From Deinococcus sp. (GTDB lineage Bacteria > Deinococcota > Deinococci > Deinococcales > Deinococcaceae): 64,000 bases of DNA. This document shows, one piece after another, positions 11,797 to 23,180 of the stretch. Each line of letters starts with the position of its first letter. The stretch's first letter is position 1. The notes under the pieces were generated by a model, which worked only from the letters and a program-made list of their open reading frames with translations, did not search any database and was not told where the DNA came from. The position numbers were made by a program, and so were the translations under genes. The DNA is taken from positions 1,120,001 through 1,184,000 of the forward strand of contig OZ253375.1 of assembly GCA_965261005.1 (NCBI GenBank). The letters are read 5' to 3'.

Positions 11797-12933
11797 CTAC
11801 TTCACTCTGCTGAGGGCGTCCTGGGCTGTCTTGAGGGCGGGGTTGAGGGCGACCGCCTGGGTATAGGCGTCGCGGGCGGCCAACTTGTCGCCGCCCGCTT
11901 CCTGGGCGCGGCCCAGCCAGTAAAAGTAGTCGGCGTTGCCCGAGGCGAGGGCGGCCGCCTTGGTGAAGTCGGCCCTGGCCGCCGCCAGCGTGCCGGCGTC
12001 GAACTCCAAGCGGCCCAGGTAAAAGTAAAACTCCGGGTAGCGCAGCGGGTCGAGCTTGAGCGCCTGCGACAGCTTGATGCGCGCGAGGGCCGCGTTGCCG
12101 GTCAGGTAGCCGTACACGCCGTATTGGCCCACCACGTAGGCGTTGTCGGGCGCGATACGCTCGGCCTGCGCGAGTTCGAGCTTGGCGTCGTCGGGCCGGT
12201 TCATTTGCAGCAGCAGGCGGCCGTAGTAGGCCCGCGACTGCGCGTCGGTCGGGTCGGCGATCACGGCCTTTTGCATGGTCGCCAGGGCCAGCGGCAGGTT
12301 GCCGCTCGCGAAGTACAAGTCGCCCAAGTTGTACAAAATCACCGAGTCGTCCGGATTGAGCTGAGCGGCCTTTTGCGAGGTGGCGATGGCGCTCTTGTAG
12401 TCGCCCTTCAGCTTATAGATGATCGAGCGCTCGTTGAACAGCACGGCCGAGGTCGGGTCCACCGCCGCGCCGTCCTCCAGCGCCCTTAAGGCGAGGTCGA
12501 GGTTGCCCGCCACGGCGGCGCGGTCGCTCACGCCGACGTACTGCGCCACGTACGCCTGCGCGAGGGCAACGTACCCGCTCAGGTTGCGGCTGTCCAGAGC
12601 GAGCAGCTGTTGCAACGTCTCGACGGCCGGTCCATACAGCCGCAGCCGCGTTTGCGACCGCCCGAGGCCCAGCAGCGCGTCGAGGGAACGCGGGTCACTT
12701 TCGGTCGCCGCGCGAAAGGCGACGTAGGCCGAATCGTACTGACCCTTGCCGTAATACGCGTTGCCCAGCGCGATATAGCTCGCCGCGCTGTACAGCGGGC
12801 GGGGCGTCGGCGCGGCAGGAGCAGGCTGGACAGGCGTGGTCTGAGCTGGCGTGGTCTGGGCTTGGCCCACGGCGCCAAAGGCGAGAACGGCGACGGCGCC
12901 CAGGGACAAGCCAAACGGCGGTACAGGTTTCAT
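11797..12933 (-). CDS. Secreted tetratricopeptide-repeat protein
   Basis: Signal peptide, QTTPA repeats, multiple TPR motifs. Confidence 0.85.
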   Translation of the reverse strand: MKPVPPFGLSLGAVAVLAFGAVGQAQTTPAQTTPVQPAPAAPTPRPLYSAASYIALGNAYYGKGQYDSAYVAFRAATESDPRSLDALLGLGRSQTRLRLYGPAVETLQQLLALDSRNLSGYVALAQAYVAQYVGVSDRAAVAGNLDLALRALEDGAAVDPTSAVLFNERSIIYKLKGDYKSAIATSQKAAQLNPDDSVILYNLGDLYFASGNLPLALATMQKAVIADPTDAQSRAYYGRLLLQMNRPDDAKLELAQAERIAPDNAYVVGQYGVYGYLTGNAALARIKLSQALKLDPLRYPEFYFYLGRLEFDAGTLAAARADFTKAAALASGNADYFYWLGRAQEAGGDKLAARDAYTQAVALNPALKTAQDALSRVK

Positions 12934-13653
12934 AGCAAAGCCTCCACAACTTGGCCGGCGCCAACAGACCCAAAAAAACGCCGAGCACAGCGCCCAGCGC
13001 AACCTTGAGTCATGGCTTCGACTATAAAACGGGTTACAAACTCGGACGTGAGGAATGGGTGAGAAGAAGCCTTCCGCTCGCCGGCGGCGCTACACTTGCG
13101 AGGTGTCAGACGTGCACCGGCTCGGCTTGACCGGCTCCATCGGGGCGGGCAAAAGCACCGTCGCCGGGTTGCTGCGGGCGCGCGGCTTCACGGTGCTCGA
13201 CGCCGACGCCGTGGCGCGCGAGGTGTCCGCCTGGCCCGGGGTGCGGCGCGACGTGGCCGAGCAGCTCGGGCCGCAGTTCCTGGGCGTAGACGGACTTGAC
13301 CGGCCCGCCCTCGCGGCGCTGGTCTTCGCCAATCCCGCCAAGCTGGAGCTTCTCAACGGCATCGTTCATCCCCGCGTGCGGGCACGCATGGCCGAGCTGG
13401 AGCGCGCGGCGCGGGGACGCTGGGTGGTGCAGGACGTTCCGCTGCTGTTCGAGAACAATCTGGACGCCAAGATGAACGCCACCCTGCTGGTGGACGCGCC
13501 CCTGGAGACCCGCCTGAAGCGCGTGGTGGCGCGCGGCGGCCTCACGCGCGAGCAGGCGCTGGCCCGCGACGCGGCGCAATTGCCCGCCGAGGAAAAACGC
13601 CGCCGCGCCAGCTATACCCTCGACAACTCGGGGGGCCGCACCGCGCTCGAAGG

Positions 13654-15345
<1,692 letters not shown>

Positions 15346-15430
15346 GCCCCTCCCCCGGCCGAGCGCCCCGGCTATAGACGGTCCAAAAAGAAATCCGAAG
15401 GCGCTCGGCCCTCGGGATTTCAGAATAGCA
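15346..15430 (-). promoter_or_regulatory. pyrG promoter and leader attenuator
   Basis: Extended -10 TGCTATTCT, then GAAATCCCG, an 8-bp hairpin plus ATTTCTTTTT, and an alternative 11-bp stem GGCCGAGCGCC/GGCGCTCGGCC. Confidence 0.6.
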
Positions 15431-15443
15431 CGCTTCGCCGGAA

Positions 15444-16361
15444 CTACTGGATAGGCAGGTTGCGCGGCGCCACGGCGAAGCTGAGGACAGGTGTCTGCAC
15501 CGCCCCACCGCCCGACGCGGCGTACCCCTGCAAGGTGAAGGTGGCGCGCGTCACGGAATTTCGGTAGTCGGGGTTGGTCGGAAGGTCGGCCCTGAGGTTG
15601 GGGTCAGTACAAGACGTCGCAACGATGCTGTTGCCGTCGGCCCTGCGGCAATTGTTCCCCAACCCGTCGTACTTCACCGCAAAGCCGTCTCCTGGCTTGA
15701 TGTAATCCGCCAGCATGTTGCCCGAGACTTTTTGTCCCGAAAAGTCGACGGGCACCTTCGCCGTCGCGCTGGTCAGCGACGTGAAGGCGCGATACGGCAG
15801 AAGCTTGGTGAACTCGAAGATGGTCCAAACCGCGTTGTTGCCAGAGTCATTGGCGGGACGGGCGTTGTTTTCCGCGCCGCTCATCACGTCTCCGCGCAGA
15901 ACCGGGTAATAGGCCATGAAACGGACGCAGCCGTCTTGGTTGGCAGGTGGCGGAACAGGAAAAACAGCCGGTGGCGGTGTGGAAGGCGACTCTACGTTGA
16001 TGTCGCAAGCGTACCCGGATACCTTCGGCGCCTGCACAAAGGCCAGAATGGGCGCGTTCGCTTGGTCCGTGACCCAAGTGCCGTTGCGCTTGACTGGATT
16101 CCTGAAGGTGTAGCCCGCAGCGCCCAGCGTCAGGGTGTAGCCCGGCGGAAAGATGTACATGGCCTTGGCGACCTCGTCGGCCATCAGCTGACCGGCCGTG
16201 CGGGTGTCTTCGAGCAGGTCCGAGCGCGTCACGTATTGGTTGACCGTGCGCCCGCTGCTGCCGATGGCCTGCGCGATAATGCCCAGCACGATCAGGGAAA
16301 TGGCCGCGGCGATCAGCAGCTCGATCAGGGTGAAGCCGGCCTGATTTATGGGACGTCTCAT
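15444..16361 (-). CDS. Type IV minor pilin (PilW-like)
   Basis: Prepilin motif QAG|FTLIELL. Confidence 0.88.
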   Translation of the reverse strand: MRRPINQAGFTLIELLIAAAISLIVLGIIAQAIGSSGRTVNQYVTRSDLLEDTRTAGQLMADEVAKAMYIFPPGYTLTLGAAGYTFRNPVKRNGTWVTDQANAPILAFVQAPKVSGYACDINVESPSTPPPAVFPVPPPANQDGCVRFMAYYPVLRGDVMSGAENNARPANDSGNNAVWTIFEFTKLLPYRAFTSLTSATAKVPVDFSGQKVSGNMLADYIKPGDGFAVKYDGLGNNCRRADGNSIVATSCTDPNLRADLPTNPDYRNSVTRATFTLQGYAASGGGAVQTPVLSFAVAPRNLPIQ

Positions 16362-16867
16362 GGGACGTCCGCTCGTGTGATGACGGTGCTCAGGGTGGTC
16401 TCCTTGCCCTGTACGTCGCGCGTGGTGACCGTCATGATACGGCTGGGAAAGTTGCCAAGCTCCGGGTCGCTGATGGGCTGTTGCGAGCAGTTTTTTGTCA
16501 TCGGGCAGCTCGTCACCACGTTTCCTGCTTGGCCGTCCGCCAGATACTTCGTCACCTTGACCGCGTACTGGTAGCCGTCGGGCGCCAGCAAGGGGGGCAG
16601 GACAGCATCCGGGTATGCGGTACAGGTGCCGGACGACGCGGACGCGCCCGCAGCGGGCGCCGCCGCGCAGGCTTGGGACGAGTTCCACAGGGCGCGCACC
16701 GTGTCGGTGTAGGTGCGCGCCCAGTTGATGCCGACCGTCTCCGCCTGCGCCGTTCGCATGGACTGAAGCGAGGTGATGAAGTAGCCCAGCAGCGAGATCG
16801 CCACCGCCACCACCGCCACCGCGATCAGGGCCTCGATGATGCTGTACCCGGCCTGCTTAAGGCGCAT
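16358..16867 (-). CDS. Type IV minor pilin (PilV-like)
   Basis: QAG|YSIIEAL plus a hydrophobic helix. Confidence 0.85.
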   Translation of the reverse strand: MRLKQAGYSIIEALIAVAVVAVAISLLGYFITSLQSMRTAQAETVGINWARTYTDTVRALWNSSQACAAAPAAGASASSGTCTAYPDAVLPPLLAPDGYQYAVKVTKYLADGQAGNVVTSCPMTKNCSQQPISDPELGNFPSRIMTVTTRDVQGKETTLSTVITRADVP

Positions 16868-17285
16868 CGCGCACCACCTTTCCGGTCACGCCGAAGACAC
16901 GCACTTGCGCTTCGAGATCAAAGCGGCCCAGCAAAGTGAAGTGCCGGTCATCAGCCACAACACGGCCGTAAGGCGCTTTGTACTTGAATCCAGTTCCACT
17001 AGGAACTTCTTTAATTTTGATGTCGTGGGGTAGCGTTACAGGTATGTCGTTGATACGAAGCTGAAAGTTCGGAGCGGCACCTTTCCAAGAAACCTGTTGG
17101 TCCTGCGAGGTGCGCCGGGACTGGTCGCGCGCACGGTTGAGGGCCTGCACCAGCACTTGCTGGGCGTCGTTGAACTGGGTGCGGGCGATGTAGCGGGTGA
17201 GCGCTGAGAAGCCGATGGCCAGCAGAATCCCTACCACGGCCAGCACCACCAGAATTTCGATCAGGGTAAAGCCGGCGCGTTTCAT
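16857..17285 (-). CDS. Type IV minor pilin (FimT/GspH-like)
   Basis: RAG|FTLIEIL. Confidence 0.88.
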   Translation of the reverse strand: MKRAGFTLIEILVVLAVVGILLAIGFSALTRYIARTQFNDAQQVLVQALNRARDQSRRTSQDQQVSWKGAAPNFQLRINDIPVTLPHDIKIKEVPSGTGFKYKAPYGRVVADDRHFTLLGRFDLEAQVRVFGVTGKVVRDAP

Positions 17286-19519
17286 TTCTCGTCCAGGCCC
17301 TTCAGGGTGTAGTCCGAGCGGTTCAGCACCAAGACCGAGTTGAGGTTGAGCAGGTTGCGCAGACGCGAATCGTAGTGCAGGCGCAGGCCGGGGTTGTCCG
17401 GGTTCTTGGAGTTGTTCTCCGAGCCGGGAGACAGGATGCCAGTGTCCGCAGCGATGATGGCGCCGTTGACCACGCTGGAACCCTCGATCTGGGACTCCCG
17501 GTGCGTGATGGAGAACATGGCGTTGCTGGAGTACATCAAGCCGTCGAGCTGCAAGGGTTTGTTCTGGTTGCCCTTCGAGTCGGTCGCCTGATTGCCTCTG
17601 GTCTGGGCGGCCTTTTTGAGCTTTTCGCGCTTGGGCGTCTCAATGTTGTCTACCCATAGCTGCTTGAGCTGGCTCTCCGAAATCCAAGGTGTTCCGCCCG
17701 ACGCGTCGGCACTCAGCGAAACGATTTGAGCGGCTGGACGCGCACCCGCAACCAACAAGTCGGCCGGGATGGCGCTGACTTGATTATACCGCTCTGGCTT
17801 TTCTCCATTTCCGTTGTAGTAAAAAACATCGTCGCCATCGCGCATTCTGTAGAAACGCGGCTGGTAGTTGGGGTCCTGCCTCGCCTTGTCCAGCTCTTTT
17901 TTGTTGAAGACGGCGGCTTCGGCGGCCACGAAAGACGGGGCGAAGTCACTCGCACGGATGTTCAGCGGCGTGCCGTCCGGCTTGAAGAGTTTTACGCCCG
18001 CAGTCGTGACTTTGACGGACGGCTCGATGTAGTTGGGATCAGTGATCCGCGTCGTACCCTGAGCGGGCGACATCGGCCTGCCGTTGAGGTTGGCCGTTCT
18101 AGCGGACATGTAGTCGCCCACCGTGATGTTGCCGTTCGCCACCAAGCCGAGTTGGGGCAGGGCGTTTTGACGGGAATAGTCGCAGGTAGAGTTTTGTTGC
18201 GTGTCCGAGCAGTCGTACTCCACATCGCCGACCACGTAAATGTTGCCCTTCGCGATGATCTTGCCGTTGCCCTTGACCTTGCCGTGAATGACCACGTCAC
18301 CGTTGACGTACAAGGTGCCGTTGATGCTGAGGGGCGAGGCGTCCGTTCCGCTGAGCACGACGTTGCCGTCCACGCCGTCCGCGCTGCTGCCAGAGTTGAG
18401 GCCCGTCTGAGGGGGCGTGGTCGCGTCATAGCCCGCCATCTTGCCCACCAGCTGAATGCTTCCGCCGGAAAGCGAACCGCCCGTATCATTTTTGACGGTG
18501 GCTTGCCATTCCGCGAGAGAGGTGATTTTGTTGCCGTCCGTGTCTACGAGGGGCGACGGAAACGTTGGGGGAATGTTGCCGTCTACGCCGCCACTTTGCG
18601 GATAGTTCCGGTAAAAGTTGGCGTTGGCAGCGCAGGGGCGAGTTAAAGACGCGCAGTCTTGGGTCGCGTCAAGATCACTTTTGGTCGTTCCCACGTGCCC
18701 GGTGTCATCCACGTCGTACGTTTTTACATCCACGCTTTGGGGGGAGACGACATCATGATTTCCATCACAATAGGTGTTGCCAACAAACTGATCACATTTG
18801 AACAGCTTACGCGTGTAGAGCGTCCCGCCGATGAACGTGTCCGCCGAATGGTCGCTGGAAGTGCCCGTGCGAACATCCAGGTTCTCCAAGCTGGCGACCT
18901 TAATGCGCTGCAAGCGCTCCACGCGATTCTTATCTCCATACGCGTCGGCCATGCTGGTAATTTTGGTGTGGCAGAAGATGCAGTTGACGTTGTTGGACAG
19001 CAGGGCGAAGTCGAGGCCGGTAAACAGCGCCCCGCCGATGGTCAAGGTTTGGTTGAGCACGCGCGTCGTGCCGTCGGGCAGCGTCCCCGTCGAGGTGACC
19101 TTGAGCTGCGTTTGGACGCCTGACAGAGAGCCGGGCAGGTTGTTCGCCGCCAGCGGCGTGAAGTCCTCGCGCTTCACCTCGACCGAGTACTTGCCGGCGG
19201 TGCCGTCGGGCATGGACACGTCGGTATACGCGCTCTTTTGTTGGTCGCGCAACCTGCCGTCCAACTTGTCCCGGTATTGCTGCAAGTTGCGCTGCGCGGT
19301 GGGCACTTGAACGAGCACGTCGTACCAGTAGTCACGCACCACGCGCTCCACGCCGGCCTCTGCCACGTACTGCGCCTGGGTGGTGCGCACCAAGTCATTG
19401 GAGAGCCGCCGGTTGGTGGTCGCCAAAAAGAGCGCTGTTCCCACCAAAACGCCGACAATCACCACAAAGGAAATCGCCGCGACGAGAGCGAATCCAGCTT
19501 GTTTTTTCACATTTCCCAT
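17282..19519 (-). CDS. Large PilX/ComZ-like pilin with beta-solenoid region
   Basis: QAG|FALVA lacking Glu5, AQYVAEAGVER, GTLYVNGDVVIHGKVKGNGKIIAKGNIYV. Confidence 0.78.
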   Translation of the reverse strand: MGNVKKQAGFALVAAISFVVIVGVLVGTALFLATTNRRLSNDLVRTTQAQYVAEAGVERVVRDYWYDVLVQVPTAQRNLQQYRDKLDGRLRDQQKSAYTDVSMPDGTAGKYSVEVKREDFTPLAANNLPGSLSGVQTQLKVTSTGTLPDGTTRVLNQTLTIGGALFTGLDFALLSNNVNCIFCHTKITSMADAYGDKNRVERLQRIKVASLENLDVRTGTSSDHSADTFIGGTLYTRKLFKCDQFVGNTYCDGNHDVVSPQSVDVKTYDVDDTGHVGTTKSDLDATQDCASLTRPCAANANFYRNYPQSGGVDGNIPPTFPSPLVDTDGNKITSLAEWQATVKNDTGGSLSGGSIQLVGKMAGYDATTPPQTGLNSGSSADGVDGNVVLSGTDASPLSINGTLYVNGDVVIHGKVKGNGKIIAKGNIYVVGDVEYDCSDTQQNSTCDYSRQNALPQLGLVANGNITVGDYMSARTANLNGRPMSPAQGTTRITDPNYIEPSVKVTTAGVKLFKPDGTPLNIRASDFAPSFVAAEAAVFNKKELDKARQDPNYQPRFYRMRDGDDVFYYNGNGEKPERYNQVSAIPADLLVAGARPAAQIVSLSADASGGTPWISESQLKQLWVDNIETPKREKLKKAAQTRGNQATDSKGNQNKPLQLDGLMYSSNAMFSITHRESQIEGSSVVNGAIIAADTGILSPGSENNSKNPDNPGLRLHYDSRLRNLLNLNSVLVLNRSDYTLKGLDEK

Positions 19520-19554
19520 ATATCCCAGTGTGCTCGACCGCCAAGGCGAGGCCC

Positions 19555-19570
19555 ACCCCCAAATGGGGGT
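19555..19570. promoter_or_regulatory. Palindrome upstream of the pilin operon, putative activator site
   Basis: ACCCCCA-AA-TGGGGGT centred about 43 bp upstream of the ATG. Confidence 0.45.
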
Positions 19571-19753
19571 ATTCGGGCGAGCCAGGGTTTGCTCGCAGAG
19601 GATGAGCGGCGCTTCATCCTCATGTCAGTGAAGCCACGCCTGACGAGGACGACCACATCCCATCGCCGCAATAGATTCCGGTCGGATGGGTGTTGACGAC
19701 TTAAACTTACGATTGTACATACTGCTCCTCGGACCGAGGGGCGGTTCTCGCTG

Positions 19754-20040
19754 ATGGACTTCGACTGGGCCAAGCCTAGAAATACAGTGCCAACCTGGAC
19801 CATATCGCCCGCCACAAGGTCGAGCCGGACGAGGCGGAAGAGGCCGTCGGCGATCCCGCAGCCCTTCAAACGCTCTCTCATCGGGGTCCCCTCGGACAGC
19901 GGCGTTACGGCATTATCGGGGCCACCGAAGCGGGCCGTGTTCTTACCCTCTTTTACGAGTTGCGGGCTGGGCGAGTTCGCGTTGTCACCGTCCGCGCCGC
20001 CACGCCCGAGGAACGCACGCGCTATTACAACGAGGAGTGA
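19754..20040 (+). pseudogene. BrnT-family toxin, frameshifted
   Basis: Paralog of 23181-23453; a 14-bp insertion CCAAGCCTAGAAAT after MDFDW breaks the frame. Confidence 0.85.
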
Positions 20041-20045
20041 ACGCC

Positions 20046-20291
20046 ATGACCGAACTAGACTTGTCCCCCGTCAACTCTGAGGCCGAGATTCCCGAGTTCG
20101 CCACCGAAGAAGAATTCATCGCGTTCTGGCAGACGCACAGCATCGGCCCTGACCTGATTGAAGCGGGATAAAATGACCCGGAAGCGCAGGCGCTCCTCAA
20201 CCGCATCGCCCCCCGCACCACGCCCCGGCAACCGCGCCAGCCCAAGGCCACGCACGTCATCACCCTGCGCCTAGACGAGGACATGCAGACC
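20046..20291 (+). pseudogene. BrnA/CopG-type antitoxin, premature stop and IS-truncated
   Basis: Paralog of 23456-23815; in-frame TAA at 20169-20171; ends at the IS5 element. Confidence 0.85.
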
Positions 20292-20295
20292 CTAG

Positions 20296-21168
20296 AGGAT
20301 GCCAAGGAGCCTTTGCAACTTTAGGTAGTGAGTTGAGCTGAGAGCAGAAGGCAAAAGGCGAGGGTGTAGAAGCCGAGCAGCATCTGGGGCAAGCGTTTCA
20401 GATCACGTCCCAGCCGTCTGAAGCGCGATAGCCATGCAAAGCTCCGTTCCACCACCCAGCGCTTGGGTAGCAAAACAAACCCCTTCGTTGCCTCCGGCCG
20501 CCCCACCACGATCAGCTCTACCCCCCGTCCGCCGCGTCCTGCGCCGTCTGTTCTCCAGTGTCCCCTTGATCGGCAAAGGCCACCTCGACCTTGACTCCGG
20601 TGACTTCCTGCACCTGCACGCACAGCGCATGGACTTGGGCACGGTCTTGCTCATTCGCCGGCGTACTCATCAAGGTCAGCAGGTGGCCGAGCGTATCCAC
20701 GACGATGTGAACCTTGGTCCCTTTGCGCTTCTTGCCACCGTCGTAGCCGGCTCTGCTGCCGCTTTCCGGTGTGCTGTGCAGGTTGCGCGAATCGAGGATG
20801 ACCGCCGTCGGCTCTGCGCCTCGGGCTTGCTGGACGCGGGAGAAGATACGGAGGTCGTGCAGCATGTTCTCAAAGCAGCCTGCCTCGAACCATCGTTGCG
20901 CCTGCTGCCTCACCGTCTCGCCAGGGGGCAGGTCGTGGGGGAGGGAGCGCCATTGGACGCCGGTACGGACGACGTAAAATAGGGCGTTGAGGACATCGCG
21001 CAGGGCATAGGTTCGTTGTGGGGCGTCTTCGGGGGACAGCAGCAGGTAAGGGAGCATGAAGTGGCAGGTCTCGTTGTCGAGGTCAGAGGGGTAGGTGCGC
21101 CGGGTCATCCCTCATTCTGCTTCACACAGAGTTGTACTCCCGCACTTCAAGCACCACCCAGGCACCCT
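20296..21168 (-). mobile_element. IS5-family insertion sequence
   Basis: Ends AGGATGCC / AGGGTGCC (reverse complement), flanked by CTAG on both sides; boundary uncertain by 1 bp. Confidence 0.88.
20321..21108 (-). pseudogene. IS5-family transposase, frameshifted
   Basis: [41 protein letters not shown]; frame break at the C6 run 20521-20526. Confidence 0.88.
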
Positions 21169-21399
21169 CTAGGGAGACCCAATTTTTCGGCGCCGTTGAC
21201 ACTGCGGTTCAGCCGATAGGAAATTGAAGTTGTCCGGTACTGAAGTTAAGGTCTAAAACCCTAACCTGACAGAGGCCGCCAGGAAGTCGACACTGGTCTA
21301 CAGGGCACCTCAGGACCGCCAGAAGTTACAATATGTCCCGCCCGTCACACCGCAGAGCAAAGCAAAATTTGACAGCCAGACCGTGGCATTGAGCAGAAA

Positions 21400-22023
21400 T
21401 CAGCCAGCAAATTGCTTCATGGCCCCATTGACCTGGGCCGCCATGTGCAGCGTGATCAGCAGTTGATTGCTGAGATGGGTCCCGATGACCACGTCGTGAA
21501 CCAGCAGTGCGCGGCTGCCCTGCGTTCGTGTCAGACCGAGTTCTCCCTGTGCCACTTGCTCTGCCGCTGCGAGCCAGGGCGCCAGCCCGTTCGGGTCTGT
21601 CGGAGCCTGTCCCCGCTTCAGAATGCCCAGCAGATGCGCCAGCTGTCCAAAGACTGGGGAGCGTTCCGGCACCCTCCAGTCCAGCGCTGTCAGCAATTGG
21701 GCCGCCAGTTCACGCTCCTGAGCGGTGATTTCGCGTGTGGTCAGCACGGAGGAGTGGCCCATTGCCATCAGTTGCGCAATGGGCACGGTCTCGTCATCAG
21801 CGGCATCAAGCAACCGCTTGATGCTGGAAATCGGAAGCTGGGCCGTGTCCCGCAGATTGCGGATGATTTCCAGCCGTTCGACGTGATGCTCGGTGTAGTC
21901 GGCGTCGCGTGGCCCGGTGGAATGGCCCGCAGGCAGCATCCCCTCGCGCAGATAGTACTTGATGCTGGTGGTGCTGACCCCGCTGGTTCTGGAGAGTTCG
22001 GACATCTTCATGGCTGTTGACAT
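21400..22023 (-). CDS. MerR-family transcriptional regulator
   Basis: MSELSRTSGVSTTSIKYYLREGML; the start may be ATG 22011. Confidence 0.9.
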   Translation of the reverse strand: MSTAMKMSELSRTSGVSTTSIKYYLREGMLPAGHSTGPRDADYTEHHVERLEIIRNLRDTAQLPISSIKRLLDAADDETVPIAQLMAMGHSSVLTTREITAQERELAAQLLTALDWRVPERSPVFGQLAHLLGILKRGQAPTDPNGLAPWLAAAEQVAQGELGLTRTQGSRALLVHDVVIGTHLSNQLLITLHMAAQVNGAMKQFAG

Positions 22024-22032
22024 CCTGCATTA

Positions 22033-22047
22033 GATAGTACTACTATC
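22033..22047. promoter_or_regulatory. Putative operator of the MerR-family regulator
   Basis: GATAGTA-C-TACTATC perfect palindrome in the 30-bp divergent gap. Confidence 0.65.
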
Positions 22048-22053
22048 CATTAT

Positions 22054-22854
22054 ATGAACAGTATGAATGCCCCGCACTTCTCGTCCCAGTCACATGGTTT
22101 TGGTACGCGTCACCCGTACTGGGCCATCGTCCTGACCACGCTGGTGCTGGCCGTTCTGCTGGGCGCAGCGGGGACAGCCCTATACCTGATGGGTTCGCAA
22201 CCTGGTGCGGCAGGCGTTGTCCAGCAGGTGCAGCCAGTCATGCTGGTCTATCCATTCTTCGCCGTCTGGCTGGCCGTGATGTTTTTTGCCCGGCGGCAGT
22301 GGCAAGGTGTTTCACCCCGTCCGTTGCCTCAGTTTAAGGTGGCGCAGTGGAGCCTGTTTCTGGTGCCATTGCTGGTGGTCATCATCAACCTGTTCAGCCA
22401 GCATCCTGCTCTGCCACAGAGCATGGGCCACCTCTTTTTCCTGCTCGCTCTGGCTGGACTGGTGGGCTTCGTCGAGGAAGGGCTGTACCGCGGCCTGTTC
22501 ATGCAATGGTTGCTGCCCCGTGGCCTGGTGACGGCAGTGCTGGTGTCGTCGGTAGCCTTCGCCTTGACCCACGCCCTGAACCTGCTGGGCGGCCAGAGTG
22601 TGAGCGCGACGGCCCTGCAGATCGTGTTCGCGCTGCTGTTCGGCGTCGTGGCCGCCATGTTACGTCGACGGTCTGGTTCGCTGCTACCCCTGATGCTGTG
22701 GCACGCCGCTTTTGACCTGGTCAGCTTTCTGGGCACGGCAAAGCACGAGAATCTGGGGCTGCTGGCCTTGAACATCGCGGTTCTGGCGCTCTACGCCGTC
22801 TGGTTGACCGTGGGACACCCCGGAGTGCGTCCACCGTGCTCCGGGTCAGGTTGA
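22054..22854 (+). CDS. CPBP (CAAX/Abi) intramembrane glutamic endopeptidase
   Basis: EEGLYRG, FALTH, HAAFD motifs; multiple TM segments. Confidence 0.9.
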   Translation: MNSMNAPHFSSQSHGFGTRHPYWAIVLTTLVLAVLLGAAGTALYLMGSQPGAAGVVQQVQPVMLVYPFFAVWLAVMFFARRQWQGVSPRPLPQFKVAQWSLFLVPLLVVIINLFSQHPALPQSMGHLFFLLALAGLVGFVEEGLYRGLFMQWLLPRGLVTAVLVSSVAFALTHALNLLGGQSVSATALQIVFALLFGVVAAMLRRRSGSLLPLMLWHAAFDLVSFLGTAKHENLGLLALNIAVLALYAVWLTVGHPGVRPPCSGSG

Positions 22855-22894
22855 GTCCTCGTATGCCGGGTGATGCCAGACCTGGAACCAGAAC

Positions 22895-23119
22895 CTGCTG
22901 TTCGGCGAGGCGCATAGCCAGGTGATCGTGGCCGTGCCGTTCGAGAAAGAGAATGAGGCGCGGAAGCTGCTGGACGACATGGACGTACCCTTTGCCGCGT
23001 TGGGGGAGAGTTCGGACGGGGAGAGCGTCGTTATCTCGCTTCCGGGGGCGGATGTTGAGCTGGACCTCGAAACGTTGACGGCCGCCTACACCGCGCCGTT
23101 GCGGGAGATTCTGGGGTGA
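22895..23119 (+). pseudogene. purL: C-terminal fragment of phosphoribosylformylglycinamidine synthase PurL
   Basis: LLFGEAHSQVIVAV...FAALGES...APLREILG*; lies upstream of purF. Confidence 0.75.
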
Positions 23120-23180
23120 GTGGAGTTTTCGGCTTACGATTGCGTATACTGCTTCTCGGACCGAGGGGCGGTTAGAGCTG

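Noticed and set aside
20518..20530. Programmed frameshift in the IS5 transposase
   Set aside because: No A-rich slippery site, and other conserved residues look degenerate (DQGDTG).
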